Assembly (NCBI GenBank): GCA_031835245.2
Contig: JAVKOQ020000062.1
Coordinates: 124,001-188,000 of the forward strand
Length of the DNA: 64,000 nucleotides
From: Balamuthia mandrillaris
Lineage: Eukaryota
Direction: 5' to 3'
In this document: positions 12,551 to 25,326 of the stretch, piece by piece
Layout of the letters: the number at the start of each line of letters is the position of its first letter
Numbering within the stretch: position 1 is the stretch's first letter
Translations under genes and position numbers: made by a program
Notes under the pieces: model-generated
Seen by the model: only the letters and a program-made list of their open reading frames with translations
What the model was told of the DNA's origin: nothing
Database searches by the model: none

Positions 12551-13058
12551 AACGAACGAAAAGTGTAACGATACTACCTCGTGTAATTCCTGTGGCGAGT
12601 TTTGAGAGTAGTACTTGGCGTACCAACCCTTCTGAAAGGCCCTTTTTGATATTTAACAAAAAAAAAAAATCAATCAAAAGGTTTCAACATCACAACGACA
12701 ACAATAACAACAGGCAGTACGTAGGAGGAGGTCCAACGGAAGCCGGTGGCTGCGGTTGTTGGCCACCAGAAGCTCCACCCCAAGTCTGTTGCTGGTGCGT
12801 TCCTCCCCAGCCTCCTTGTTGCGTAGTAGCAGGAGGATAGCCCGAGGTAGCAGTAGGAGGAGGGTACCCCCCTCCACCATACTGCGAAGAGGGAGGAGGG
12901 TAGCCTCCACCACCCCACATCCCTTGCTGTTGTGGTGGTGGCGCGCCTCCTCCTCCGTAACCTCCTCCTCCATGTTGTTGTTGCGAAGAATAAGGTTGTT
13001 GTTGTTGGCCACCTCCGTAACCTCCTCCTCCGCCTTGCTGTTGATGATAGGGATACAT
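11217..13058 (-). CDS. Penta-EF-hand calcium-binding protein (ALG-2/peflin/sorcin family)
   Basis: G/P/Y/Q-rich N-terminus (MYPYHQQQGGGG), EF loops MDRDGSGSI, FDADKNGTIDFWEY and DRNRSGRLGAQE, and C-terminal EWRDPRNTGYIQLNMDDLL. Confidence 0.9.
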
Positions 13059-13493
13059 GTGGTGGCACTCACTCGTTGTCCTCAGGGATCTCTCTCTGTT
13101 CTTTCTCGTAGCCAAAAGAAAAAAAAAATTGTCGACATTTTCGATTTTCTGTTAACGAGCTGACGTGGACCCGCTATTTTCCGAACTTGACGTGGCTCTT
13201 TCCTTGCATAAAGAATGCCAGCGCACGATCGTTATGCGAGGAATGTGGGAGGGGTTGTGCTTGAAGGCAGCAACGTTTCTGCACAAAAGGTCATTAGGGA
13301 AATAATTATCCCCAAAAATAATCGTTAACAAAAATATATATTGAAAAAGAAAGAAAAAAACAGGCCTTCACGCTTTCGATTTGATCTTGTTTGCTGATTG
13401 CTTCTGCTCCTCTTCTTGTTCTTCTTCTTTCTTGTTCTTCTGTTGCTTTTTTTTTAAAAAAAAATCAAACAAGAGAGAAAGAACCCTCCTTCG

Positions 13494-16400
13494 ATGGGAA
13501 ACAGAGTGCCAGCAGCAGCAGGAGGCTTTGGAGAAGGAAGAAGACCAACAACGGAATCACGGAGAGGCAACGACGCCAACAATGATGCACCTCTTCTTTC
13601 TTCCTCCGCTTCTTCTGCTTCTTCATCTTCTCCATCATCCGCAAGACAGCAGGAACGTAAGCCTCTGCAACGTCGTTCTCACCCCACTTTTACGCTGAGC
13701 GAAGACTCGGCCAGAAATACTCGCAGCGGCCACCACGAGGCCGCCACGACGGTTGGAGCGGAGAACGCAGGCGCCAAAGGGGAGGCCGAAGAGGAGGCCT
13801 CCTCTCATCAACCGATGCAACAGGAGGCCTCTCCCTCCTCACCGAAACAACCCACAGAGGAGCACAACGACAACGACGAGGGAAAGCAGAAGAAGAAGCA
13901 GCAGCAACAGCAGCAGCACAGGAGAAGGAGAAGCGAGTCGACCACGCTGGCGGAGGACAGGCTGTCGAGTGACTTGGAGCTGCCCAGCGAGGACCTGCTT
14001 TGCTACTCCCCCAAAAGAATGCAAGCCATGATGTGCCAAATATGCCATTCCCTTCAAGCCTATGTGCGTTCTCTCTCTGCCTCTCTGCCTCTCTTTTGGT
14101 CTCTCTCTTTCTGCATTCTTCTTTCTCCTTGCTTCTATCTTCTGTCTTGCTTCTTGCTTCTTGCTTCTTGCTTCTTTCTTCTTTCTTCTTTCTTCTTTCT
14201 TCTTTCTTCTTTCTTCTTTCTTCCTTCTTTCTTCTCTCTTTTCTTCTTCGTCAATCCTGCTTCCTCCTATCGTGCTTACACCACACAACTATACAAAAGT
14301 GGCACTGCCAAGACTGTGAAGAGTTCATATGTCAGGGATGCTTTCATGCCTTCCATCAACGCGGCAAAAAGGCAAACCACCGAAAAGTATGTTTGGAAGA
14401 GCAACAACCGCAACAGCAATCATCAAAAAGGGAAGAGGGAGGAGAAGCGGTAGATGAACAGGACGAGTTGCAACAAAAGCTTTCCAAGAATAAGACAGAA
14501 GAGGAGGAAGACGACATCACCGAATTGGCTTATATTTCCAAAGACCTAAAGATACACATCAACCGCAAAAACTTTCGACGACTGTTGGACCACTCGACGC
14601 ACACTGTGAACTCTCCTGTGGTTTACTTTACGGGCAGTACTCATGCCGGGAAGAGCACCTTACTCAATGAGCTTCTTCGCACGAAACCATTGCAGTACCT
14701 TATTTCTTTGTTTTCTTTCTTCTTCTTCTTGTTCTTGTTGCTCTTCTTTGTCCTCCTTTCCTTATCTTTCTTCATTCTTCAATATGTTCCTCACCATTAC
14801 TGCAAAGAACCGCAACCAGTGCAGCATCATCATCTCCCTCATCCAGCAATAGGAATAGCTATGACATGAGCTACGCCCGAGTGGCCGCTGCAAAAGATTT
14901 CAGAGCAACTACAGCCGGCATTAACTTTTACCAGATAGTCAACCCTTGGACAGGAGTTGGTTGTCTACGTCTTATCGACATGGAAGGCGACTCTGGTCCA
15001 AAAACTTTGCCAAAGGTTGTTTTATAACTTTCTTTTTGAATGTTTTCATTTTTGTTTGTTTTCAAGTTATTCTTTTCTATTTTTATTGTTTACTCACTTA
15101 CCGAAATGCAAAACAAAAGGACCTGAAAGCGGGAAGAGGGTACAAACCAAGTTGGTCTGAAGAAGAACGCCGACAATTTTCCAAAGGAAGAAGAAGAGTC
15201 GTGAAGCACAACCTTCCTCGCCTCGCCTACTTTACCGGAAATCTTATCGTTCATATCTCGAATGACTCTTTTGCGGACTCTGACTACATCAAGAAAGTCA
15301 AACAATTTGCTTCGTTAGCCAGTTCTGATGTTGAAGTTGGCGGGCTGAAACCTTCTCTCATTCTTGTACTTTCTTCCTTTTCCTTTTTCCTTGTTTCTGT
15401 TCTTTTTATTTTATTTTATTTTCTTTTTTTTTTTGCTTCTCTTTTTGCTATCCTTATTCTTATTTATATATTTCTCATCAACTTTTATTTTGTTCAGGTA
15501 CATAATAAATGCTCGTTAAGAGAGATCTATTCAAACTGCGAAGAATGTACAAAACAATTTTTCGATCAACACGACCCAGATAAGAGCTTATTGGAGATTT
15601 ATGGCGACGTGAGATGCGTTTCTGTGCCTCTGAATGACTTTGAAGAGGCTTATCAACGACAGATCCAAATTTTGCGAGACCAAGTTAACATCATGCTTAA
15701 CGCCAACATTAGGTATTTTTACCTGTTTTCTTTGTCGTTTGTTTTAGTATACTAACCAAATATAAAAGATTGGCGAGACAAAACAATATGTTGCTGAATG
15801 AGCATCAGTGGTGTTTGTTCTTTGGCAAATCTGTAACGTTTATTGGCAATCAGCTCAACCTTGCTGCGTTCCATGTTGAAATGACTCGACTTAACGCTAA
15901 TGCTGGACGAGTGTATGCTTTCTTTATTCACTATTTTACCTTCACCTTGTTTCCGTTTTACGTGTTATTGCGTTATTTATTCGCTTACAAACATTCTTTA
16001 ATTACAAAAAAAAAAGATGGGGATACTTCAAAATCTTTTACAAGCTCTTGTTAAATCAAGATAACAACGCACAGTTGTTCCGACTCTTGCATGAGAACAG
16101 TATCTTCGTGTTAGCAACAGTTGCTCTCAGCGACTTGCGTTACTCCATTCAAAAGAAGCATGACATCGGGCCTCTTTCTCAATTCTTGGTAACATTCCCA
16201 CTCTTCATTCTTCATTGTTGTTATTGGTATTAAGAATCTGTAATTGTTTCCTTCAGTTAATACATAAGCGATTAAACTCGCCAAGAGGAACTCCACGTTC
16301 ACAGTCACCCCCTCAAATAGCGGCGTATGATCGCGAAATCTTTTCTCAAGTTAAATATCAGATAAGGGAAGCTCTCGCCTTTGCTGAGGAAGCGTTAGCA

Positions 16401-16796
16401 GAATTAGATCGAACTTTACTTGTACCTTACCTTCTTTGTGTTTTGTGTTTTCGTTTTTTTTTTTTCCTGCCTATCTCGTCTTACGCTTTTTGCCTCGTTA
16501 TAAGTGGCATCGACCGTGTGAAGCTGTTCATCCACACATGAAATCTTTGAATGGAATATCCATTCACTGCAACATCCCATATGGACTGCACGGCACACAA
16601 GACGGTCACTTTCACAAAAGCAAAAGGCTGAAGGCAGAAATAGGAAACGAAGACAGCTGGTACCTGCGTTTGGTCAAGTTCTTCCGAATACCAATGGCTG
16701 TTACTTGGAAAGGCAAAGGATGGTCTGCGGATGCCTTGCATTCCAAAGATCTCCTTCGGTCCACTTTCAAGAAAATGAAATACGTAAATGCTTCAA

Positions 16797-16840
<44 letters not shown>

Positions 16841-18655
16841 TCCTGTTTTATCTACTGTGTGTAACTAAACTTTTCTCTCATGTATGTATAATATCATAGT
16901 TTACACCAGAACAAATCCATATTTTACGGTTAGGGATATTCCAACATTGCGCAGAGCAGTTCAAACGATCTGAATTGGTGGGCACTTGGGATGGCACAAA
17001 CTTTCGTGACTGTCTTCTCTGTTTGGAGCGTCGTAGAAGCGTCACTTTCTCTCCATGGTTTGCTCATCATCCTCTTTTATTATCCTCACCCCTTTTCTCA
17101 GTCTCACATCTTTTGCTTGGTAGCGGTTGTACATATTTCTGTAACATGTGCCATAACTTTACAAAAGCTCTGCAAGCCAAGAAAGACTCGGTGGCTTGTC
17201 CATTCACCGGAAGGATGGTTGATTTGCTCTTGTGTCCCGTTTGTAAAACTCCTTGCAGCGGCTCACAGACAGAAATTTTCCCGATGGTTCTTGTTCTTTG
17301 CTTCCCCTCTGTCTTGTTTATTCTTCTTGCTAGTTCTCCCGACTTTCTCTTGTTTTTGCTAACACATTTGTAAAGTTGGAGATTGGTGCAGGTGATCTGA
17401 AGATAGGCCGTAACCCAATAGGCAGCGGTGCTTTCGCTGATGTGTTTGTGGGTGAATGGCAGAAGAAGGCCGTTGCTGTTAAGAAGTTCAAGATCTACGA
17501 TACTACTACCAGGAAACAGTGGCTCAAAGAAGGCTCTATTCTCACGTAAGTTCACAACACTATATCTTTGTTCGCTTTTTCTTCCTCTTTGTGCTCTTTT
17601 GTCTCTTCGCTTTTTCTCTTTTCACTCATATCACATGACTTTCTTTTCGAAAATGCAGCATGTTGCAACATGCACACATCGTTCGCTGTTTTGGCTATTG
17701 GCAAGATCCAACGGATGACTTGGCCGGAGCTCTGGTGATGGAGCTGATGACAAGGGGTAGTCTCCATGACTACATCCACAACCGAAAAGGAGATCGTGCT
17801 TGGTGGGAGAAGTTCTTGAAAATGGCGAGACAAGTGGCAGAAGCCATTCAATTCATTCACACCCAGAATGTCATTCACTGCGACATCAACCCACGAAACG
17901 TTCTCGTTTCAGAAGATTGGTGTTTCAAGGCACGTTACTCCTTATTTGCTTCTCTCCCTTCTCTGTCTGCTTACTTTCTGATTTCTTCTCAATAGATAGC
18001 AGACTTGGGCATCGCTCGCAAAGGCAAGCAAACGGAACTAACTGGCAGTGCAGCGGACGGCCTCTTCGGTACCGCCATGTACTTAGCTCCAGAGACCATT
18101 GAGACCTGCCGCCATACGCCCGCCTCCGACATGTTCGCCTTTGGTGTCGTCCTGTGGGAGGCCTTTCACGGCAAAACGCGCTTCGACGTCTATCACGCCT
18201 ACAGAATCATGGAGCAAACGCTGCAAGGAATGAACCCCCCGTTCTCCAAGTACTGCCCAGCGGAGCTGAAGAGCTTGATAAGGGATTGTTGGCGGATGAA
18301 TCCGGCCGAGAGGCCGACGGCCATAGAAGCTTTGGAGAGGATCATGGAGCTGAGCTTGGCGGTGGTGCAAGTTCCACCTTTGCCTCCGGAACAAATGCAG
18401 GACGGGTACGAGGAAACAGAAAGCGACAGAGAACAAGAACAAAAGGAAGAGGCGGAGGAAGCAGAAGAAGCAGAAGAGCAGAAAGATGCCAAGGAAGTGG
18501 TGCTGAAGAGAAAGATGAGTCGGCCGGTCCCCGTGGGTGCAAAGACGGAGGAGGAAGCCAGGCAGGTGGTGCTGACACGGCTGGAGGAGGAGGAAGCCAT
18601 TCGGCGCAGCTTGGAAGAAATGGAGCGACGGCAGCACTCACCGCAGGATGGGTGA
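13494..18655 (+). CDS. Large multidomain protein: B-box zinc finger, P-loop GTPase-like domain, RING-like finger, TKL-type protein kinase and C-terminal UIM-like helix
   Basis: CQIC..WHCQDCEEFICQGCFHAFH..H (B-box); GSTHAGKST, ATTAGI, LIDMEG, VHNKC (G1-G4-like); CLLC..PCGC..FCNMC..CPVC; GSGAFADV, VAVKK, HCDINPRN, IADLG, GTAMYLAPE, SDMFAFGVVLWE; EEEAIRRSLEE. Exons join in frame across the GTPase-RING-kinase junctions. Confidence 0.85.
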
Positions 18656-18839
18656 GGAGGTTAAAAAAAAAGCGCTGTTAACACACGTTTTTGCCCTCAT
18701 CCAAGTATCACCGTATTGTTATTGCGCTGTATTTTTTTGCCCCATGTAAAAGCAATGACTGCGACTTGGAGGAGGGCAACGCCTCCCCTTCTCTTGTCTC
18801 GAAATTTCGAGAGCTCCAAACGGAAAAGAAAGTGAAAGG

Positions 18840-18885
<46 letters not shown>

Positions 18886-18996
18886 ACACCAACACGTGGA
18901 GAGCGAGAGGCTCGAGCCAAGCAACACACACAACGCGTCAAGCAAACAAACAAAAAGGTGTAGCGGAGAGGGACGCTCTTTGTCGGTGTCGATCTC

Positions 18997-21522
18997 ATGA
19001 CGAACAAGATCGACAGCACGAGGATGGTGGTGGAGCTCCGAGACGAAGGCGGAGCGGACGCGAGAGCAAGGAGGAGAGGACGGGGGCGCGGCTTTCAAGA
19101 GGAATGGAGCCGCGGCGTCGACCTGCGCAAGGAGGAGGCCATGGTCGTCTTTCGCAGCCCCAAGGACCCTGCCGAAAGGCTCCTCCGGCGACGGCGGTAC
19201 GACCGGCTGCGCAAACGTAAGCAACAACAGCAAACCTCTGTGGGCGGCGCCGAACCAACGAGCAAAGAAGAAGATGAAGCGGAGGCGGTCGAGAAGGAAC
19301 AAAAAAAGGTGCTGCTGCCGTTGAGACCGTGGATCACTGTGGATGCGGCTTGTCACGAAACGAGAGCGTTGATCTATCGCACCAAAGACAGCTTTGCGGA
19401 GCTTCGTGGCGGAAAAATTCGATGGATCGAACGACAGAGTACTTCTTCTGCTCCTTCTTCCTCTGCTTCTTCTTCGGTTGCTGCTTCTTCGGAGGAGGAT
19501 GAAAGGTGCAGTCGATGGTTCAGTCCGCCTCGTCATCGCCGTCTCTCTTTTCTCCTCGATGACAAGGAAAGGATAAAAGAGATACAGAAAGAAGAAGCAG
19601 AAGAGCAGAAGCAGAAGGAAGAGCAGAAGCAGAAGAATGAAGTATGCTTTATGGTTGGTTTTCATGAAGAGGAGGTGGATGGAGAGGTTTACGTTGGTGG
19701 ACCCACCCGAAGAGAAGCAAAGAGTAAGAAGCAGAAGACGAGGAAGAAGGAGGGAATGGAACAACCGCAACAAGAAGAAAAAGAAGAAGAAGAAGGTAAA
19801 GAGGATGAAGAAGATAAAGTAGAGGATGGTGATGATATGCAACCACTGATGGAAAGTTTGGAGAAGGGTTGGATAGGAGAGGAGGAAGAAGAGGAAGAGA
19901 TGCACCGACAGAACGTCATGAATAGATGGAGAAAGATGAAAAAAGACGGTGAGCGCGAGACAGCCGAGGAGGAAATAGAAGAACAGGAAGCGGAAGCGGA
20001 AGGAGAGGAGGAACGAGGGATACTATTTAACTTTAGGGACTTGGCTTATGCAGCCAATGGTGACCATCGGCGATTGAAATCTGGTGTGTTATATAGGTAC
20101 TTTCTTTCTCGTTGTTCATTTGCTTTCATTGCCTTTCTTTTCTTCTTTCTCACTGAATCAACTCACAAATAACTGAATGAACAGAAGCGCATGTGTGTCC
20201 CGTCGCTCAGACATTTCCAAAGCAGACGTGCACAGAGCATTGGGCTTCCTACGCAACGTGGTGGGCGTGCGAACATTGATAGACCTTCGAACAACTGCGG
20301 AAAAGGCTAAAGACAAATATGACCACATCGTCGAACAATTCTACCCAACCGCCAAAAATCTCCACAACGACACTAACGATAACGAAAACGATGATACGAA
20401 GCTGCTAAACGCAGCAACGGAAACGTTGGAACGAAAACGGTATAATCTTTCTCCTGTGAATAAGAGCTTGCAGCTGAATGGAATGTGGTGGCCATGCCCT
20501 ACCACAACGAAGCTTCGTCTTATTTTTTCGGCGTTATTTGGACGGCAGAACCTTGTTAAAACGTTTTCTCGGTGAGTTTTTTTTCCTGTGATTGCTTTCT
20601 TGTTTTTGTTTTGTTCTGTGCTCCGTTATTCCGTTTCGTTTTATGTTGTATCTAACATTTAAAACCAAAAACAGAGAAGTGGTGAATCCAATGGGACTGG
20701 CTGGGTTGAACAAGTTGATGCTGGAGCACGCCGGCCCTGAATTTCTGAAGATAATGCGCATCATCAAAGATGAACGCAATCATCCCATTTTGGTCCATTG
20801 TGCCTCTGGTAGATACTATTTTCTATCTCTCTTTCCCTCTGTTCTCCTCCCCGTCTTCTTCATCGCTTCTATACTCCTCGTTCATTGCTTTGTAATGCTA
20901 ACCTTTCTTCTTTTCCATTTTTCTTTGCTGTTTGCAGGAAAAGACAGAACAGGTTTAGTGTGTGCGCTGGTATTAGGTTGTTGTGGAGTTGCAGAGGAAG
21001 CAGTTTTCCACAACTACGCCCAATCGGAACGTTTTCTTCGTAACGTCTTTGAGGCCATCGTTGAAGAAAATCGACAAAACGGGCTCGATAACACTTTTGA
21101 TGGTATAATTCTTTTATCTTCTTCTTCTTTCGCGGTTGGCTAAAATGTTCTTTCCTTTTTAAAAAAAAAAAACAGGAACACCGAAAAGTGTAATGCAAGA
21201 GACGTATGCGTTCATCGTGTCCAAATGGGGCTCCATCAATGCGTACCTCGACTCCATCGGCTTTTCTTACGCTGAACAACAGGAATTGGCCAATTTGCTC
21301 CAAGACGGCGAACCTCAAAAACGAGAGCCTCACCATAAACATCCACAATCGTCTCCTTCTCCTTCTCCTTCTTCTAAACTCGATCGTCTTACGGAAGAAC
21401 AGTCTTTGGTACGAGCAACTCAGCGCTCTCCCCCATCCTCACCAAGTTTCCTCTCTCTGCTTTTGCTGTCGTTGCTATTCGCTTGCTTTGCTTTTTATCT
21501 TAGCAAATCAATTATTTATTAA
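18997..21522 (+). CDS. PtpB/IphP-like (Y_phosphatase3 family) Cys phosphatase with C-terminal hydrophobic anchor
   Basis: NFRDLA, LKSGVLYR|SA, VRTLIDLRT, PILVHCASG|KDRTGLVCAL (CX5R loop split by an intron), NYAQSE, WGSINAYLDSIGF and C-terminal TM FLSLLLLSLLFACFAFYL. Confidence 0.88.
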
Positions 21523-21803
21523 TAATGAATTTTCTTTTTTCAAATTATACCTTATTTAGTAATTTTGGTGACGTGTTATTTCCCTAATATAATATACGAT
21601 GACGTGTATCGTTGCTCCCATTGGTTGTTCTCTAATGAATTCATCCAAATTTTATCTTGTGCTCTTTTATAGGTGAAGTTAGATGAAATCAGCCCTTCCT
21701 GGTCTGTTTCTGTCTAAAGAGTTTTACCAGGTAACGCACCGCTGCGGAAAGGAACACATCGGGTCAGGGAACGTCAGCAACAGAAAACAACAGCAAAAAA
21801 CAA

Positions 21804-23063
21804 ATGGTTGGTTCGTGGCGGAGGTCCTCTCTGCTGGGGGCTTTGGCCCTCCTCACTGCGGGGCTCTTCCTCTTCCAATTTCGAGAGCCTGCCACTGCAT
21901 ACTTTCCGACTCTCCCAGCTCGCTACAGTCTCTTGTCCGCCCCTTCTTCTCTCCCTATTGCTGCTTCATCTTCTCCTCCTATTCCTCCTCAAGCACCTTC
22001 ATCTTTTCCTCTTCCTCCTACATCTTCCTCTTCTCCTCCTCCTCCTCAAACACCTTCATTTTCTCCTTCCGGTCTTTCTTTTCCTCCTTCTTCTCCTCGT
22101 CCAAGACCTCCAACGCTACTTCCAACCAACAACCACGACAAAGCCTCTGCTGCGTTCACTCGCCGCCAATACCTCTGGAACCAAAACAATTCCTCTTACC
22201 TCTGTTCTTCTTCCGCTTCTTCTTCTTCACAAGTGAGAGTGGCATGGGTCACGGCAACTATCAACGACGACTATGTCGTTCCTGCCGTCGCTCTGGCGCA
22301 TTCCATTCACAAGTTCTCCTGCCTTCACCCCAACAAGGACATGTTGGCCATCGTTGGCCCGGACGTCTCGCCCTCCTCTCGAGAGGTGCTCTCCAAGGTT
22401 GGCTTCCGGTTGATCGAAAAGCCTCCCATCGACTGCCTGCATGAAGGGCAAAACACGGGAGACAGCCGCTTGAAAGCCATCAAAGGCAGCCACACCCGGC
22501 TTCATTACTGGGACATGACGGAGCACGGCTATGAGCGCTTCATCTACGTGGACTGCGACCTGATCCTTTTGGACGAGCAGGCCGACTCTCTCCTCTTTGA
22601 CCTCCCTCTGAGCTCTTCGGAGGAGATCTATGCCGCAAAGTTCTCCGCTACCTCCAAGATTGCCCTCAACTCGGGCTTGTTGGTGTTTCGACCGGACAAG
22701 AAGGTCTTTCAGGGCCTCTTGAAGCTGTGGAGAGACCACTTTGAAGGAGAGAACGGGGAAGGGGACTGCTGGTACGACCAGAAGCTCATCACCAAGTACT
22801 TCAGCGGGCGCACGCACTTCCTGCCCTTCGACTACAACGTGCGTCGAAAGGCTCACTACCCGATGCACGTCTATCACATGGCAGGCACGGAGGAGCACAA
22901 GGCCTGGTTGCACCCCGTCCGGAGGGAGAAGGCCACGGACAGGCCCATCCGCTCCGTCCCGAGGGACGTGAACGCGGTTTGGTGGTTCATGTTTTATGAT
23001 GCGTTGGATACGTACGGCCTGAACGAGTGGTGGAAGCACAAGTCCTCAACCACCACCCGGTGA
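21804..23063 (+). CDS. Glycosyltransferase family 8 (glycogenin/galactinol synthase-like), type II membrane, single exon
   Basis: N-terminal signal-anchor, Pro/Ser stem, AWVT..YV..A.AL.HS, RLHYWDMTEHGYERFIYVDCD (DxD motif), LNSGLLVFRP, DQ, LPFDYN and HMAG..KAW. Confidence 0.88.
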   Translation: MVGSWRRSSLLGALALLTAGLFLFQFREPATAYFPTLPARYSLLSAPSSLPIAASSSPPIPPQAPSSFPLPPTSSSSPPPPQTPSFSPSGLSFPPSSPRPRPPTLLPTNNHDKASAAFTRRQYLWNQNNSSYLCSSSASSSSQVRVAWVTATINDDYVVPAVALAHSIHKFSCLHPNKDMLAIVGPDVSPSSREVLSKVGFRLIEKPPIDCLHEGQNTGDSRLKAIKGSHTRLHYWDMTEHGYERFIYVDCDLILLDEQADSLLFDLPLSSSEEIYAAKFSATSKIALNSGLLVFRPDKKVFQGLLKLWRDHFEGENGEGDCWYDQKLITKYFSGRTHFLPFDYNVRRKAHYPMHVYHMAGTEEHKAWLHPVRREKATDRPIRSVPRDVNAVWWFMFYDALDTYGLNEWWKHKSSTTTR

Positions 23064-23418
23064 AGGAATTGTTGTTCTCCCTCTTCTACTCCTTGGCCAT
23101 GGAAATGATGATGATGATGACGATGATGTACAAATAACTATTTATATAGCGTTTAAACTATTGAAACTATTTTTTTTCCATTCTTTCTTTCTTGTCGTTT
23201 CTTTCTTTCTTTCTTTCTTGCTTCTTGTCTTCCTAAGAAACAAAACCTTCTGAAAAGAAAGGAAGTTTTGGTGCTAAGAGTAACTCTCTGCTTATAACAA
23301 AATAAACAGGCTATTATACAACGGTGTAACGCCTTTTTGTTTTTAAAAAAAAAAACAAAGGCTATGAGTGTAAATAATAATAAATAAAATTAAAAAAAGA
23401 AAGAGCCCACCCTCAACG

Positions 23419-23637
23419 TCATGGCAGAACAGGAAGCTTTTCTCCCATTTCTCTTTGGTCGGCAAAGGGGTTGGCTATGGCTTTATACTCGGCTCGGGTC
23501 TTCCGTTCGTAGCACCGCCGGTAGCCACAGAAATAGCCTATGCACAGGGCCAGGAGAAGCACCACGGCCACCAGCGCCAAGGAGCCCCAGAACAGGCCTC
23601 CTCCCGGACCCGTTAGCAGTTTGGACACCTTCGTCAT
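23419..23637 (-). CDS. Small single-pass membrane protein (72 aa), unknown function
   Basis: ATG-initiated ORF with one TM (LFWGSLALVAVVLLLALCIGYFC), followed by basic residues and YKAI/NPF motifs; AT-rich 3' flank. Confidence 0.55.
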   Translation of the reverse strand: MTKVSKLLTGPGGGLFWGSLALVAVVLLLALCIGYFCGYRRCYERKTRAEYKAIANPFADQREMGEKLPVLP

Positions 23638-24128
23638 GCTCCTTTGCTGCCTTTTACGGCCGTTTTCTTTTCAAATTCATTTCGGAAAGCATCACGTGGT
23701 ACTATTAGGTCGTCTTTATAGAAAGATAGTACAGGAAGGAGGCCTCTGAGGTTGTTCCTTTTTTTTTTGTTTTACGTATGTTGCAACGCCAGCCCTCTCC
23801 CTGGAAGAAAAGAAGAAAAACGACGACGAAGAGGAATGCGTAGCGCGCTTTTCCTCTGCGTCGTCACCCTTCCGCTTTTTCTTGGCGGTTCTCCGCATCC
23901 GATCGAACCTCATTCTCCGATCTTTGAATTATCTTTGATTTTCCATTGGGCTGTGATCATAATCTCTCCTCGCGGATATCCCAATTTTCGACCGATTTTT
24001 CCGGCCTCTCCTCTTTTTTATTGGCTTTTTTCTTTGCCGAATACTTTTTTTTTTTTGGCGACCCACACACACTCGCGCGCACACACACACGCACACACAA
24101 AAGCACCGCACTACACTACACACCCAAA

Positions 24129-24877
24129 ATGTCTCAAGTGAAGGAAGCTAGCGTTGGTCAGGCTGCCCCTGCCTGGGAGGAGCAGGCCGTTGTGAACGGA
24201 GAGTTCAAGACCCTCAAGTCCTCTGACTTTTTGGGTAAAACATCTATCTCTCTCTCTTCACTCGCTACACTGAAACACAAAATCTTTGCTGTATAAGATT
24301 GTAATCCGACTGCACACGCTCTCTATCTCACTTTCACTGTTGCTAACCGCTTCTCCACCTTTTTTTTTTAACAATAGGCAAGTATTTGGTTCTTTTCTTC
24401 TACCCCTTGGACTGGACCTTTGTGTGCCCCACCGAGATCCTCTCCTTCAGCGACCGCGCTGAGGAGTTCCGCAAGATCGGCTGCGAGGTGGTCGGTGTGA
24501 GCGTGGACTCTGTCTACTCCCACTTGGCCTGGATCAACACCCCCAGAAAGTCTGGCGGCCTTGGCGGCTCCCTCAACATCCCCCTCGTGGCTGACCTCAG
24601 GAAGAAGATGTCCCAGGCCTACGGCGTTCTCCTCGAGGAGGAGGGTATCTCCCTGCGTGGCCTCTTCATCATCGACAAGGAGGGCAAGGTCCAGCAGATC
24701 ACCAAGAACGCTCCCCCCGTGGGCCGCAGCGTCGACGAGACCTTGCGTCTGGTGCAGGCCTTCCAGTACACCGAGGAGCACGGCGAGGTGTGCCCCGTCA
24801 ACTGGACCCCCGGCAGCCTTACCATGAAGCCTGATCCCCAAGGCAGCAAGGGCTACTTTGAGAAGGTTAACCAGTAA
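24129..24877 (+). CDS. Typical 2-Cys peroxiredoxin (Prx1/AhpC-TSA family), one intron
   Basis: [15 protein letters not shown] (peroxidatic Cys), [36 protein letters not shown] (resolving Cys) and a YF motif. Confidence 0.97.
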
Positions 24878-25046
24878 ATCAATTAGATTTTAACTATTTT
24901 CTGGATAAGCATTTATTTTTTTCTTTTCTTTGCAAAATCACTATGTGTTTGTTTCTACATACACCTGTTGCTGGCTGCTTAACGCGAATGAGTTCCGATT
25001 CATCCAATCGGGTCTGCTTCGCTTTTTGAAAAAAAAAAACAACAGT

Positions 25047-25326
25047 TTAGTGTCCCTTGAACCTCCAGCCGCGAGTGTGGATCACGTAGAAAGCATGCAG
25101 CACTCCTGTTGATGGTTGCAAACCCAAAAAGATATTACAGAAAGTTAGCGGCCAAGGCACGGAGAGAGAGAGCGAGAGACCGAGAGAGGGTACCTGGCAG
25201 CCACCCCAGCAACGTGAGAAGAATGTTGATGAGCAGGTGCATGGACAGCCCGGTCACCAAAGCGACGGGCAGAGGAGGCAAGATGATGGCAAGGATGGCC
25301 AAGGTGAGGATTACCAACAGTCCCAT
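25047..25326 (-). CDS. Pmp3/RCI2/UPF0057 proteolipid, one intron
   Basis: ILAIILPPLPV..INILLTLLGWLPG|VLHAFYVI, the family signature; stop TAA at 25047. Confidence 0.92.

Noticed and set aside
22227..23039. Long antisense ORFs over GT8, peroxiredoxin and kinase exons
   Set aside because: Expected from GC3-rich codon usage on the sense strand.
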